From positions 31,124,001 through 31,188,000 of the forward strand of contig NW_025964001.1 in assembly GCF_023055435.1 (NCBI RefSeq): a stretch of DNA of 64,000 bases, written 5' to 3'. Of the stretch, positions 25,001 to 37,929 are shown piece by piece. Each line of letters begins with the position of its first letter. Positions within the stretch are counted from its first letter, which is position 1. A model generated the notes under the pieces. It was not told the DNA's origin. It did not search any database and saw only the letters and a list, made by a program, of their open reading frames with translations. The position numbers and the translations under genes were made by a program. The stretch is from Haliotis rufescens. Taxonomy: Eukaryota.

Positions 25001-26031
25001 AGAAATGATGTGTGGATTGATGACATTCCTTTTTGGAAACCAAACTGTTGATTGCATGGGAAGGAGTCAGAATCTGTGATCTGTGGAAGTCTTTTAGATA
25101 GCACAAGTTCAAACACTTTAAATATAACTGGAAGGAGTGTCACGCCTCTATAAGAGTCTGGAGACATTTTAGATTTATCTCCGCCTTTAAATATGGGTAC
25201 TATAACCCCATTCTTCCAATCTCTTGGGATATATCCTGATTGTAATATGAGATTGAATAGTAAAGCAAGACATCTTGATAAATATTTTCCCCCATACTTC
25301 AAGTGTTCATAGGTGATTTTGTCTGCACCTGCTGCCTTGTTGTTTTTAAGTGAGAGGCACAAGCGAAATACCTCCTCCTGTGAAGTAAATAGAAGTTCAG
25401 CCTTGTTACCTTCTGCTTGGATTGTTTGACGTATTTTCTCAACTTCTTTGTCAATGCCCCCTTTGAATTCATCATTATAATGTGGTTCAGATTTGTCCAT
25501 AAATACATCTTTGAGATGGTCTGCAAGGGCATTGCATATCTGTCTGGGGTGTCGGACCTGTTTGTTTTTAATATTCAAACATGAGATCTGTTGTTTCCTT
25601 TTTCCTCGTCGTTTTCTACTGTTTTCTACAAGACATGTTTTCGCGTAATAAATGCCTTTTAATAACCATCCGTTAAACAAATATATTGTACATCTTTACA
25701 GTCATGTCATTATCGGTTGTATGCCGATTATATTATTATGATCATACGTGTTGTACACGTAACGAATAATTATAATTATATGTATACAATTATATGAATA
25801 TGACTCTACCTCTTAACACGTGTTGTACACGTATCATATTATCTTGTCATTATAATTAAATGTACTTCTGTGTACACTTCACTCTGCTTCCACCGAATAA
25901 ACGCCATCAACTCAGCAGCCTTCTCTGTTCTTCAAGGTGATAGTCAGTCGTGACCGCTGCTACCGCTAATTCCCCCGATAAAGTAGTAGACCCAAAAGAC
26001 AAGCTACGTCAGTCAAAGACGCACTACGTCA
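22087..26031. mobile_element. Solo LTR (about 1.3 kb reconstructed; Gypsy-like 4-bp TSD) interrupted by LINE B
   Basis: Starts TGTCATAG and ends CTACGTCA; TSD CATG at 22083-22086 and 26032-26035; internal ~63-bp direct repeat containing AATAAA (22553-22615 / 25877-25938). Confidence 0.72.
23261..25610 (-). mobile_element. LINE B (CR1/L2-group-like), 5'-truncated, with intact RT and C-terminal Cys/His region
   Basis: ORF 23374-25610: KAAGADKI, YRGVTL, QFGFQKG, LDSSKAFDTV, GVRQGSILS, QADD, CDMC..H...C; AATAAA plus (TA)n tail at 23261-23282. Confidence 0.92.
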
Positions 26032-27274
26032 CATGCATATATCTTGCACACGTACAACTACACTTTTCACGCTAACATTCTCAGAAATATTCAGACCCCA
26101 TTCGTTCAGCTTTGCCCTCACACGAAAATTCCAGTTTTTCACACGTCCACCAGCATAACGTTCAGACCACATAAAAACATACTTATTTAATCTAAGGGAC
26201 ATTTTAGTAAAACGACAATACTGTCTAACAATACACATCCACTGTCTAACTATCGGAGGAATCCATCCCATATATCCATTAACAGCAACATTTGGAGCGT
26301 ATTTACCCAACCCTAAGAAAAATCCTATATACCGGATAACTGAGATGACTACAATCACCAAGTGTTCTCTCCACAACATTTTGGCTCAATACCTCGTTCG
26401 GTTACTCGTACAAGTGTATTTTCCTACCTCACACAAATCTGGATTTGCGTTTCTTGTTTAGGGGTATGGTTGAAATGTCATTTGAATGTAAAATAACTAA
26501 TATTTAATTTCATTTATGCCAAGAAAGACATATTTTAGTTTGCCGGTTTGATCAAGCCGTTTTGGTATATGTATTGTGTTTCCAAAATAATGATGACTCC
26601 CTGTTGTGTTTTGCGAGCTCCAGCGATGAGCGTGAGTGACCCGCGATGGTCAAATAAATGAGAATGTCTGTGTGTTGCAGATAGTAAGCGGCTGAGCACT
26701 AATCTTCAGGTATAAAATACTCTTTTTTGTTTAATATATTATCATGTCATAAATGCAACTTTATTGATAATTCATTTTGCATTTTTCAAAGAGCGTGTTG
26801 TTCGATTTTCAATCATCTTTGAGTGCTCAAAATATATGCTGCTATTTGTAATGTTTTCAAGTATTGTTATATCCCCTAAATGGTATAACTATTCTTTGCT
26901 GTGTAAATCTCAGTCAAAGAAAATGTTTATTTACTGTAAATGTGAATTTTTGAGCGAGTTAAATTTAAGGAGAAATCCTTGATGATTTTAGGTGAACATT
27001 ATGAATGTTTGAATACTTTACAAGAACTGTAATTGATTTATTTGCTTTATTATCACTAAAGAGTATATTTATTTTATTCTTCAGAACATATTTAATGTTA
27101 CGAAGGACTCAGCAAATAAAGAGTGGTGAACACTATCTTCTCTTCATCATTTGTACCAGAGTATTTTAATCTTCTTATTATAGGATTGTCGACAATCAAT
27201 ACTAACACTGAGCATGTCCGCAAATCCTGACTTATGTTTGCAACAGATTGCCTTGGCATCAAGCCAACTCCGCC

Positions 27275-30200
27275 ATGACAGACCTGCGGCTGCTTCATGG
27301 CGATGACTACAACACTCTCTTTGACAGCCAGGCATATTTGACTTCCTACTACACGGACCCAATGTCGGGCGTTATGCCGTTCGTCCTCTCTGAATTTCAC
27401 GAGGCGTTTGCAGAAGGTAATTTGAATCTCTGTTTCAATACATTAATGTCTGAAGGAATATACTGTATATTGTATATTAGAAAGAACAACATCTATTTTC
27501 TGGAGGTCATCGGAGAGCTCATGTTTTGCCTACCGACATTTTAGGGTTTAACATCAGTGGTAGTATTCATAAACATTTTCAGAATTTTCTTAAGAATGCT
27601 CCTAACTCGTTAAGAAAACTCTTAGTTATAATGACTCCGAGAGTAACTTTTAGCTAGAGAAAAGAGCAACTCTGACAGTAACTCTCAGAGGGAATGTGAC
27701 AAACAGACAGACATTTTATTCGTATTCTTTGGCCATGAGGCCAATAGTACAGTGACAGTTTTACCCACGCCTGGTAAGATCAGTTATACACAATTATATA
27801 CAGTTGTCGACAATTTACATTTATATTTTGACACTTTTTCAGAGAAATATAGCGAGTCGTAAAATTATGTTTGTATTTTGGGGTTTTAGTAGATGTGCAC
27901 ATTTATGTGTACTGGTATAGAAATTAGGAATATATGTCTTTCTTTCTTCTGTATACAAAGGACATTCAAATAAAATATCCTGCAAGTTCAAACAATAGTG
28001 GCAGATAGCTGTACTAATATCATTAACTTTTGATCTTCTAAGCAGTAGAATATTTAAATTAAAGATACCACATCTGAACTTTGTTAAGGATCTTCGTAGT
28101 TGTGGAGATGATTGAGCTTGTAGATAGACCTCGGGTGCCATGTTAGATTTAAATGTCGAGTGTGTGTGTAAAACACTAGAGTTTGCTTTGTCAGATGTCC
28201 ATTCGTAATAGTAAATGTCTTTGAAACGTTGTTTAAAAAGAGACAAACATACTTCTCGGGTTCCAACATTTTGAGAAATCAAAGCGTAGTAAAATCCGTA
28301 TCTGAATAACAAGTCTCGACCTGACGAAGTCCAGTTTACATCTCGATTATCGTGTACATGTTGTAGCAGTGTTTCATGATTCTGGTTGTCTTAGTAATCT
28401 TATCCAAATTGAAATAACTCTTGTTTTATTATTCATTTGTAACTGACATCTGCTACATTCAGAGAGAATATCCTTGTTTGGTGAACGTTAGCTACACCTG
28501 GGACAAATGTACAGAGTTTTTAATGTATTTTTTCTACGTTGTGTCGGTAAATAGTTCCCACATATTTCTGCGCCATAAAGCAAACTTGGTTGAATTTTAC
28601 TTCTTTGAGAGGAATGTAGAAGTTGGAGTACTAAATAAGGATAAGATATATGGATGAACAATTCTTTATTACGATTAGGAGTGACGTTTAGGTATAGGTT
28701 CTAACACCGTTATCAAGCGGGTGATGTACAGAGTATTGTTGACAAGTATATATACAATATAAGAGGCAGTGTGTATACAGTTGAGTGTATACAGTTGAGC
28801 AGGTTTAAGATGCAGTTCGTGGCTGGAGTGGAGAAGCCTGTATGAGTACACAGAAGGGTAAAACATATTGGCCGGTGAAGCATGTAATATAAACAAAAAG
28901 GTGAAGCCAATGATATAAACAACAAATGGAATATGACTGATTTGGGTCTTTGATGGGTTGGTGGTACGCACGTATTATACACGAATAAATAAGTCTTGTG
29001 TTGATTGATCAATCGGAACGTTAATTGAGATTGTTCATTACCCAATACATTAGCAAATATCGGCGTGGGCGCTTATTAGAGCGGGGCGCTTATTACGTCG
29101 AATATGTAGTAACATCAAAAGACTCCATCCGTGTCCAAACCCAATACACATTCCAAATACAGTAAATATCCTAGCATATATAAATATAAATATATTCAAC
29201 ATGGCCAGTAGTAAAATGATCAGTTTAGTGTAAAGTCAAAGGATGTGGACAAATTCAGATTTAGACATGAATGTTTCATGAAAGTGTGATGTAACAGGGT
29301 CCAGTGAGGCATTAATACTGCTACAATATACTCGTTGTTACAACAGGTCATCTTACTGGTTTGGTCAATGTATATTGTAACTTTCTTTATTTCTTAAGCA
29401 GGCAACATCAAAGGCGGGGTACTGCTTGACATCGGCACCGGGCCTACCGTGCACAGCACGATGAGCGCATCACAACACTGCGATAGTGTCATACTAGCCG
29501 ACTTCTCGCCCACAAACAGAGGCATTCTAGCACAGTGGCACAACCGGTCTCTCAGCCACAGCTTTGACAAACATTTGGAGTTTGTTCTTAAATTAGAGGG
29601 ATCAAGGCAAGTTACACTACTTATATATGTCTTCTTCTTCATCATCTTCTTCTTCTTCTTCGTCATCTTTTTCTTCCTTTCTTCTTCTTCATCATCATCT
29701 TTTTCTTCTTCATCATCATCTTCTTCATCTTCTTCTTTATCGTCATCTTCTTCATCTTCATCTTATTCTCCTTCTTCTTCTGCCACTGGGCCGACTACAA
29801 CCACTACCACCATTACTACTACCACTACTATTGGTTTACTGCTTATTGGACCGTTTGAGGGCCTGGAGCTCCCTGGGGTCGAAGGGAGTGCAAGTTGTTG
29901 TGTGGAGTTGCGTCCCTTGCGAATCGACTGATTGTAGGTTCTACTCCACGATTGCGATTATTGTACTGTCAGAAATATATACACACGCGTTGGTAAGACC
30001 TGTATCACTTCGGGCTTTCCTGGGGACACGAATGGTCAAGTCACAGCTGCAAATTCGCTGTTCACATTTGCGTCCCTTAGACAGGAACAGATTCTTTGTG
30101 ATAATGTTTAAAGGTTTGTCAGCACCACAGCTGTGGGTTTCACCATAGTGGTCAACGTCTGTGCATCACTGTGGGTTTTCCTCCCACACTATGCTGTCAC

Positions 30201-32176
30201 GCCGTTAAATATTTGAAGTTCTGTTCAAAGTAGCATCATACAAAACTCATTCGTCTTTGCATTACGTCAACAATATGTATTACGTCAACAGTTGTATTTG
30301 CATTACGTCAACAGTTGTATTTGCTTTACGTCAACAGATGTATTTGCATTACGTTAACAATATGTATTACGTCAACAGCTGACCGATGAAGATCCGGGGT
30401 AGAATAGGTCTTCAGCAATCCATGCTTGCCGTAAAAAGCGACTATGCTTGTCGTAGGCTCGCTGATGCATGTCATCGTATTCCAATTGCGTGGATCGATG
30501 CTCATGATGTCAATCACCGGATTGTCTGGTCCAGACTCGATATATAGACTTTATATATAGCTGCTATCTATCAAAATCAACCGGTGGAAGATTTTATTGT
30601 CTCTTCATTGACTTCAGTAAAGCGTTTGACTGTGTTCACCATAACTTGCTTTGGCATCGGCTTATGAAATATGGTATCCATGGAAACGTTTTATGGATAA
30701 CTTTTTAACTGAATATTTTAACTGTTTTATTGGAACGCGACAAGGATGTATGATCAGCCCGACACTCTTTTGCCTGTTTATAAATGAATTGGTCAACGAA
30801 CTAAATCAATCTGACTGTCGTGGAATATTCATCTCAGAAGAAGCACCAAATATTTGTTCTTTATTATACGCTGGTGATGTTGCTAACACTGCCGATACCA
30901 CTGGAAGATTACAACAACAGATCAACTGTATAAGTGAATTTTGTAAAAAATGGGGACTGTCTTTAAATATGAACAAATCAAATATAATCGTTTTTAGAAA
31001 TGGTGGACGTTTAAGGAACTATGAAAATTGGACTTACAGAGAAGAAAAGATAGAGACTGTTTCATCTTATAAATATTTGGGACTATTTTTCACTCCTAAA
31101 TTGCTATGGACAAAAGCAACGGCAACACTTGCACAACAAGCAGAAAAAGTATGTCATTATATCTATAAAATAAACTATCTATGTGGAGGATTTCCAATCA
31201 CTACTGCAATTAAGATGTTCGAATCCATGGTTTTACCAATATTAACATATGGCTCTGAAGTTTGGGGGTTCAAATACTACGAAACTATAGAGATGGTACA
31301 GACTAAATATTACAAACGGATTCTTTACCTACCAAATAATGCAAGCAATGACGCTGTTCTTGGTGAAACTGGAAGACAACGATTATATGTGTATTATATT
31401 AGTAAATGTATTAAATATTGGACAAAATTAATCTCTATGAACACTGATCGTCACCGAAGCAAACGTATTTAATGATGTACAAATTAGATGAAGCTGGCCG
31501 TATATCCTGGGCAACATATATAAAAAAACATTCTTTTCAAGTATGGATTTGGCTACGCCTGGATAATTCAAGATGTTGGAGATCCGCAAATATTCATTTC
31601 ACAATTCAAACAACGTATCGTGGACTGTGGTCAACAACGTTGGATTGAAAACCTATCTAAAAAATCAAAACTTAAAACATATTTAACTTTCAAATCTGTA
31701 TTAACAATAGAAATGTACCTTCTAGCTCATTGGTTATTCCCTAAATTTGTTTCAGTGAAATACCGTCTGTAAGAGAAGCAATGATGAGAAACAAGGTAGC
31801 CTGCATCCTCCACTGCGATCTACGAAAGGATGATCCTTTCAGTCCAAACTGGCTCCCTCCTGTCGACGTCATCACCTCCTCCCACTGTTTGGAGTCAGTT
31901 GCCGTAGATGTCCCTTCCTATGAATACTGCGCGAAACGCGTAGCGGCCATGTTGAAAACTGGCGGCCATCTTGTTATGGTTGGATGCGTGGGCGGGTCCT
32001 ACTATATGGTCGGAAAGAGGTGCTATTCGAGCTATGGAATGACAGGGTTGGAGCTGCAGTCAGCATGGAAGAAAGCTGGATTACAAATCATGAAGTGGAA
32101 AGAACTGGCATCGACAGCAAATGACCAGTCAGGAGATATTTATAAATATTTTAGCCTGGTTGCAAGGAAAATATAG
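27275..32176 (+). CDS. NNMT/INMT/PNMT-family methyltransferase, copy 2 (exons 27275-27416, 29402-29606, 31756-32176)
   Basis: Open spliced frame; LLDIGTGPT, CDLR, SSHCLE and LKTGGHLV motifs; intron 2 donor AG|GCAAGT; same intron phases as the paralogs. Confidence 0.88.
27700..28640 (-). mobile_element. LINE 3' fragment in intron 1 of copy 2
   Basis: LRRSLTKFRCG..ICHYC..LFECPLY; AATAAA plus (TCTG)n tail at ~27700-27722. Confidence 0.8.
29630..29830. repeat. (TTC/TCA)n and (ACT)n microsatellite
   Basis: Low-complexity trinucleotide runs just inside intron 2 of copy 2. Confidence 0.9.
30560..31720 (+). mobile_element. LINE RT fragment, sense orientation, in intron 2 of copy 2
   Basis: FIDFSKAFD, GTRQGCMISP, degenerate YAGD, YKYLG, YGSEVWG; internal deletion. 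Confidence 0.88.
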
Positions 32177-32334
32177 TTAGAATCAGTCAGTTATGTGGTG
32201 TGGAAATTGAAAGCTGGGGCTCATCAAATGAATTTCTTGTATTTTATTTTGTTCAAAATGATTTTGACAGCTATTCTGCCTTTATTATGATGCACTTTGG
32301 GAACACTTGGCACATATTATAACATCCGATCGGA

Positions 32335-32587
32335 ATGAAAAGTGATCTTACGACAAGAATTGATCTTCAGCAACCCATGCTTGTCGTAAAAGGCGACTAT
32401 GAGGGGACTAACGGGATCGGGAGATCAGGCTCGCTGACTTGGTTGATGCACGTCATCGTATCCCAATTGCGTGGATCGATGCACATGATGTCAATCACTG
32501 GATTGTCTAGTCCATACTCGATTATTTACATACCGTCGTCATATAGCTGGAATACTGCCGAGTGCGGCGTTAAACAACAAACAAACA
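32335..32587 (+). mobile_element. Short non-autonomous retroelement, family 4 (no tRNA head; GTCGTAAAAGGCGAC hairpin; (AAAC)n tail)
   Basis: Other copies at ~30380-30545 (+), 38620-38868 (-), 62430-62645 (+), 11630-11800 (-) and a divergent one at 53365-53640 (-). Confidence 0.75.
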
Positions 32588-33262
32588 ATGAAAGTCTGCA
32601 ACTGTGCATGTTCGGACGGTGATGACAAGATGTCATATTGTTAATCTGACGAGAATGAATAAAGATATAGTTTTAAATAGCAAACGTTTGAAAATGAAAT
32701 ATATGTACATATTCCTAAATTATAATGTAACTCACCGCAATGCCACGTAACAAGGCACGGGCACTCCTTATATTACCAACCTGTAAAAGCCAGAACTTAT
32801 TTCAAAATATTGACAATGCATTTAAATGCAATAAGACCATTACAATCTGACCATTTATGCTGCCAAAATATTAATCACATCACCCAGTTTTCAGATTGAA
32901 CACTTCCTCAGGAATCGCGATGTTTGCTCAGACATAATTTCAGCAGTGTGTGTGTTCAGCGTGAGTCTCCCACTACAGGCGCCGCTTATGTATATGGCGT
33001 GTACAAATGCACAAAGTCAATCCAGTGTGGCGGATGGGATAACACGTTATCTGATATGTGTATGTCATTCTGTTAAATAAACTTGGAACAGACCGCGGCG
33101 GTTCACAATGATTTCATTACAGGTAACAGTGCTACCGTTTTATCCTAAAATGTCAAAATACTGATATCTGATTGCTGAGCCGTTGGATATGAATCATTTA
33201 GCACTTCTTTATTAACATAAATACGATTTCAATATTCATAAGATATCACTGCCAAAAGCAGA

Positions 33263-36200
33263 GTTTTTTTTGTTTTTTTTAAATCTTTTTTATTATTATT
33301 CCATTTCATGTATATTGTTACAAGTGTAGGTAATAACATGTATATATATGACAGTATTAACACAAGTTATAGTTTTCATAGGTGAGGACAGGCAGGTTGT
33401 GTAGGATATGTCGTCTTCTCAAACTGAGAGGGAGATTATAAATATTTGTTTACAAGAAATAGATGATTAATAATTAACAGGTAGTATGTTTCAACTGCTT
33501 CGTTAGATTATGAGATGTAAGTTTTGCCATTTCTGAGCATATTGGTTAAATAGATTATTATTTTTTAGCGATAAAACTTTCCAAACAAATTGTGTCTTTT
33601 AGTAGTGAAAGAAATTGCTCGAAAGATAAATCTTGTTGTTTTATGTTTGATATGTAGATGAATCTTTTTGCTAATATAATAATATGATTTGTTACATGGT
33701 TTTGAGTGGAAATACCAAAAAAGATATTCAGTTTCGAAAGGATAAAATTTGTTTGCAGGTTGTTATTTAGGAAGTTTTCAACTTTAAGCCAAAATTGTTG
33801 AACAGATTGGCAATCGAAATATACATGAGACATATCTTCAGAAGCAGTTTTACAGAAAGTACAAATATCTTCATCGACAAGTTTCATCTTGAATAATTCT
33901 TTCTTAGTGTAAATTATTCTGTTTATAAATCGATATTGAAAATCTAAAAGTTTACAATCGCGCGTGCATTTTCTATAACATAGAAGTATATCTTTCCAAT
34001 CCAAACCTTGAGGAAAAACCATATTCCAGTGTTCTAATGATTTCGGTACAGTATCCATCCTAATTAGTTCATCATAAAAAGTCCTTGGTTTTTTAACGTT
34101 ATTAAAGAAGTGTTTACATATATTGTTCAGCAGAACTACATTAACATCAAGGGTTTTGTCTCTGATTTGAAATCTCCAACTCTTTGGAATATTGTTCAGT
34201 AATTTTTGAAAGTCTAGAAAAGTTCCCTGGATCTTATATTTTTGTTTGAAATTTTCAAAACTAAGAAAACCGTTGTTGTCGCAAAGGTCTCTAACACTCT
34301 GGACACCTTGATTAAACCAGTTTTTTATAATATAAGATGATTTAAATAAATGATTCAGCCAGAGAGGTTGATTCAGAATGTGGTCTAAATCATATTCATA
34401 CAAACTCATTTTTTGGTAAAATATCTTCCAAGCAGACAAGACATCTCTCCAATAAGGGTTGTCATGTTTAGATAAACATTCTACAGCATTAGAACCAAGT
34501 TTGAATAGATGTTTTAGAGGGAAGATTGTTGTAGAATCTTCATACTTTTTTATATACTTTTGTAATGAAGATAGTTTGAGAGCATTGATAAAACATTCAA
34601 TATCTATCATCCTTAGACCTCCATCTTCATAATTTCTACTAATAGTTGATCTCTTAATTTTGTCGTTTTTGTTATTCCAAAGGAATCTAAAAATTAATGT
34701 GTTTAGGTCGGTAATAAAAGCTTTAGGTGGATTGGGTAGAGCAGAGAAGATGTGTACCAGAGTTGATATAGCAAGAGTTTTGATAACCGTAATTTTTCCA
34801 ATAAGAGTTAAGGTTCTTCTACGCCAATTAGCTAGTAGTCTATTAATATGTTCTAGTCTTTTTCTAGTATTGATTACCCAAAGGTTGTTCAATGATGTAT
34901 TTAAAGTTATCCCTAAAATTTCAAAATCTCCCTTATGCCAATCAAGTTTAAAGTCTTGTGCTAAAACTAGATTACTTTCAGACAATGATCCTATCCAAAT
35001 TGATTTTGTTTTTTCTACATTTATTTTAAGTCCTGACATTTGATAAAATTTGTTGAGGGTATCCATTGAAGTATTAAGGCTTTTTTCAGATCCATCTAGA
35101 AATAATTGAGCATCGTCCGCATACTGACCTAGTTTACTTTCCTTATCGTTAATTGTTATACCTTTTATATCTGGATTTGTTCTTATGATAATACCTAGAA
35201 TTTCTACAGTGATAATAAATAAATAGGGTGAAATTGGATCTCCTTGTCTACATCCCCTCTCAAGCCTAAAAAATGATGATAGATGTCCATTTTGAATAAC
35301 AGATGCAGTGGTATTAGAAGTCAAAATACCTACCCATTCAATGATATTCGGTCCAAAACCAAATTTTGTCATTACTTGTATTATAAAAGGTTTAGAAATT
35401 GTATCAAAAGCCTTTTCAAAATCTATTTATAGGAGTAGGCCAGGTTTGTTAAGTCTTTTAGTTTCAAAGATGATATCATAGAGCTTCCTAGTGTTTTCAC
35501 TTATACATCTACCTGGAATAAATCCTGTTTGGTTATGGTGTATGATTGTATTTAAGTTTTTTTTAATTCTGTTAGCAATACATGAGCTGATATTTTTATA
35601 TAAAGCGTTTAGTAATGAGATTGGGCGCCAGTTTTTTAACAATTTTCTGTCTTTGTTTGGTTTTGGAAGACAGGTGATAACTCCCCTGTTCATTGTACAT
35701 GATAATGAGTTGTCATTAAAGGTTTCCTGTATGAATCTAAATATCCATTCTCCTAAATCATTCCAGAAAAATTTGAAAAACTCAATAGGGTAACCGTCTA
35801 TTCCTGGACTTTTATTATTTTTCATAGATAATTTTAATTTCCTCTTTTGAGAGATCTTTTTCTAGGTCATGATATTCTTTTGCATTAATTATTGGTGTGT
35901 TGATTTCTTCTAACAGGTTATTATTAACATTATTATTATTGTAGGTCTGTTTATAAAGTTTAGAATAAAAGTCCTTTAATTCATTTAAGATTGTTTTACC
36001 ATCTGTAATAATTTCACCCTTTTCTGTTTTAATGCTATTAATTAGTTTAGTGGTATAATGTCTATTTTCAAGGTGGCAGAAATAACTTGTAGGTTTCTCT
36101 CCTTCTTCATACCAGGTTATTCTTTTCCTTATTAGGGATCCTTTTACCTCCTCTTCATGGTATTTTTCTAACTGTTTTTTCATTGTTGATAAATCGGAAA

Positions 36201-36480
36201 ATATTTTTTCATCTATATTTTGGAAATCATTTCTTATTTTATCTTCCAGAACCCTAATATTTTCTTCCAAGTCTTTTAGTTTCTTGTTCTTATCTTTCTT
36301 TAAAAGGGAAGAGAAAGAGATAGTTTTACCTCTTAGCTTCATTAAGAAAGTTTCCAGAAAAAGACAATTAGAAATTTTTAGTTGCAATGTTGAATTTTTA
36401 ATATGAGAATCAATTTCCTCTTCAGTATATTTGCTATCAGCATACTCATGTAATGTTTCTTTTAGAGTCTCCTTGACTAC
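33263..36480 (-). mobile_element. L1/Tx1-clade LINE, 5'-truncated ORF2 with frameshifts and poly(A) tail
   Basis: WYEEGEKPTSYF, KSPGIDGYP, NWRPISLLN, QTGFIPGR, GCRQGDPISP, YADD, CTFC..E...HVYFDC; T-rich tail at 33263-33300. Confidence 0.93.
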
Positions 36481-36483
36481 CGA

Positions 36484-37027
36484 CTAGGATGTTTGTTAGA
36501 TATAAATAATTAAGGAACGACTTTATGAACCCACATGTTGCGATTCCTTGGCAAGCACACACTAGAGTGTTTGTTAGATATAGATAATTAAGGAACTACT
36601 TTATGAACCCACATGTTGTGATTCCTTGGCAAGCACACACTAGGGTGTTTGTTAGATATGAATAATTAAGGAACTACTTTATGAACCCACATGTTGTGAT
36701 TCCTTGGCAAGCACACACTAGGGTGTTTGTTAGATATGAATAATTAAGGAACTACTTTATGAACCCACATGTTGTGTTTCCTGGGCAAGCACACACTAGG
36801 GTGTTTGTTAGATATAGATAATTAAGAAACTACTTTATGAACCCACATGTTGCGATTCCTGGTAAATCACCGACTAGGATATTTTGTTAGATATGAATAA
36901 TTAAGGAACTACTTTATGAACCAACATGTTGCGATTCCTTGGCAAGCACACACAAGGGTGTTTGTTAGATATAGATAATTAAGGAACTACTTTATGAACC
37001 CACATGTTGTGATTCCTGGGCAAGCAC
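36484..37027. repeat. 78-bp tandem repeat, about 7 units, abutting the Tx1 5' truncation
   Basis: TAGGGTGTTTGTTAGATAT...GGCAAGCACACAC recurs with a ~78-bp period. Confidence 0.93.
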
Positions 37028-37929
37028 AGCCTGGGAAGTAACATCGCTAAATTGGCATCACATCACATCACATCACTCATCAGCGGTATCGCCCAGAACT
37101 TCGCTTTTGGTTTGACATGGTATAACAAAATTGTGTGTTCAACATAAAGGATTTCAACTTTGCACGGGTACCCCGCATGTGAACCTTTCGGACTAGAATG
37201 TTCATCGAAGCATCCAAATCGAAGGAGTAAATTTATCCTTAAGTTGGTGACTAATATCATGGACATGCACCGGAACTGTCATTAAAACATCCCCAAATTA
37301 AGGATATATTTACCCCTTCATTTACGATGCTAAGAACCTTTGACAATCAAAAGAAATGACTTTGAAATATGCTACGAGCAAATATTAAGTGGGGTATCTA
37401 TTTCTGAAGTCACGCTTGGAAATGTCTGCAAATCCGACCATAACATTAAGTGTGTGTGTGTGTGTGTGTGCGTGCGTGCGTGTGTGTGTGTGTGTGGTAG
37501 TCCGGACTTATGCCGGTTTTATAGAGCTTGCCAACTGAGATACCATGCCGCACTTAACTCGACCACGAAGGCAGTTAGAAGAAGAATAAGGAGGAGGGAA
37601 AGAAGAAGTTTATTCGCATGAAGACCTAAGGCCCATATATACTGAGACAAAATAAAAATTAAACACAGAAGTCGTACAGACAAATTGTAAACTATCAAAC
37701 AAGTCATTGTGTTGCAAAATAGTTCCAAGGCACTTAGGCCAATACACAACAGAGACAAAAACAAATATTAAACACAGAGGTCGTACAAACAAAATTTAAA
37801 ATATGAAACATATTAGGTCTTCGCAAGTCTTGCTATAATCATCATGTTTCCAAACATAAAATTTTATTATAATAGGAAAATATATGTGTGTCTGTGTTTT
37901 AATATAATTGTGTAATGTTCATTATATTA

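Larger units (their letters stand above)
15701..26400 (-). mobile_element. LINE A (5'-truncated, AATAAA plus (TCTG)n tail) in three pieces: ~15701-16034, 21811-22086, 26032-~26400
   Basis: Removing the inserts rejoins IEDECH|VLLDCPVYDDLR (zinc knuckle) and QDICM|GKYVSDW..GNKLRTY. Confidence 0.85.
14543..26466 (+). mobile_element. Tc1 element (defective transposase ~14773-15669) split by nested insertions; right TIR at ~26444-26466
   Basis: Left end TACTCTTAAAAAAAAGAAACGCAAA versus right end TTTGCGTTTCTTGTTTAGGGGTA; peptides RDRPRSGRPRV, SPDLNPIEHLWDQL and GHTRY-like end, with frameshifts. Confidence 0.75.

Noticed and set aside
25611-25680. N-terminal 23 aa of the 768-aa ORF as a genuine LINE start
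   Set aside because: It derives from the duplicated LTR segment (the same peptide occurs at 23033) and starts with TTG; the LINE is 5'-truncated at 25610.
29449-30148. Ser-rich or Phe-rich ORFs extending copy 2 exon 2
   Set aside because: These are read-through into an intronic microsatellite past the GC donor.
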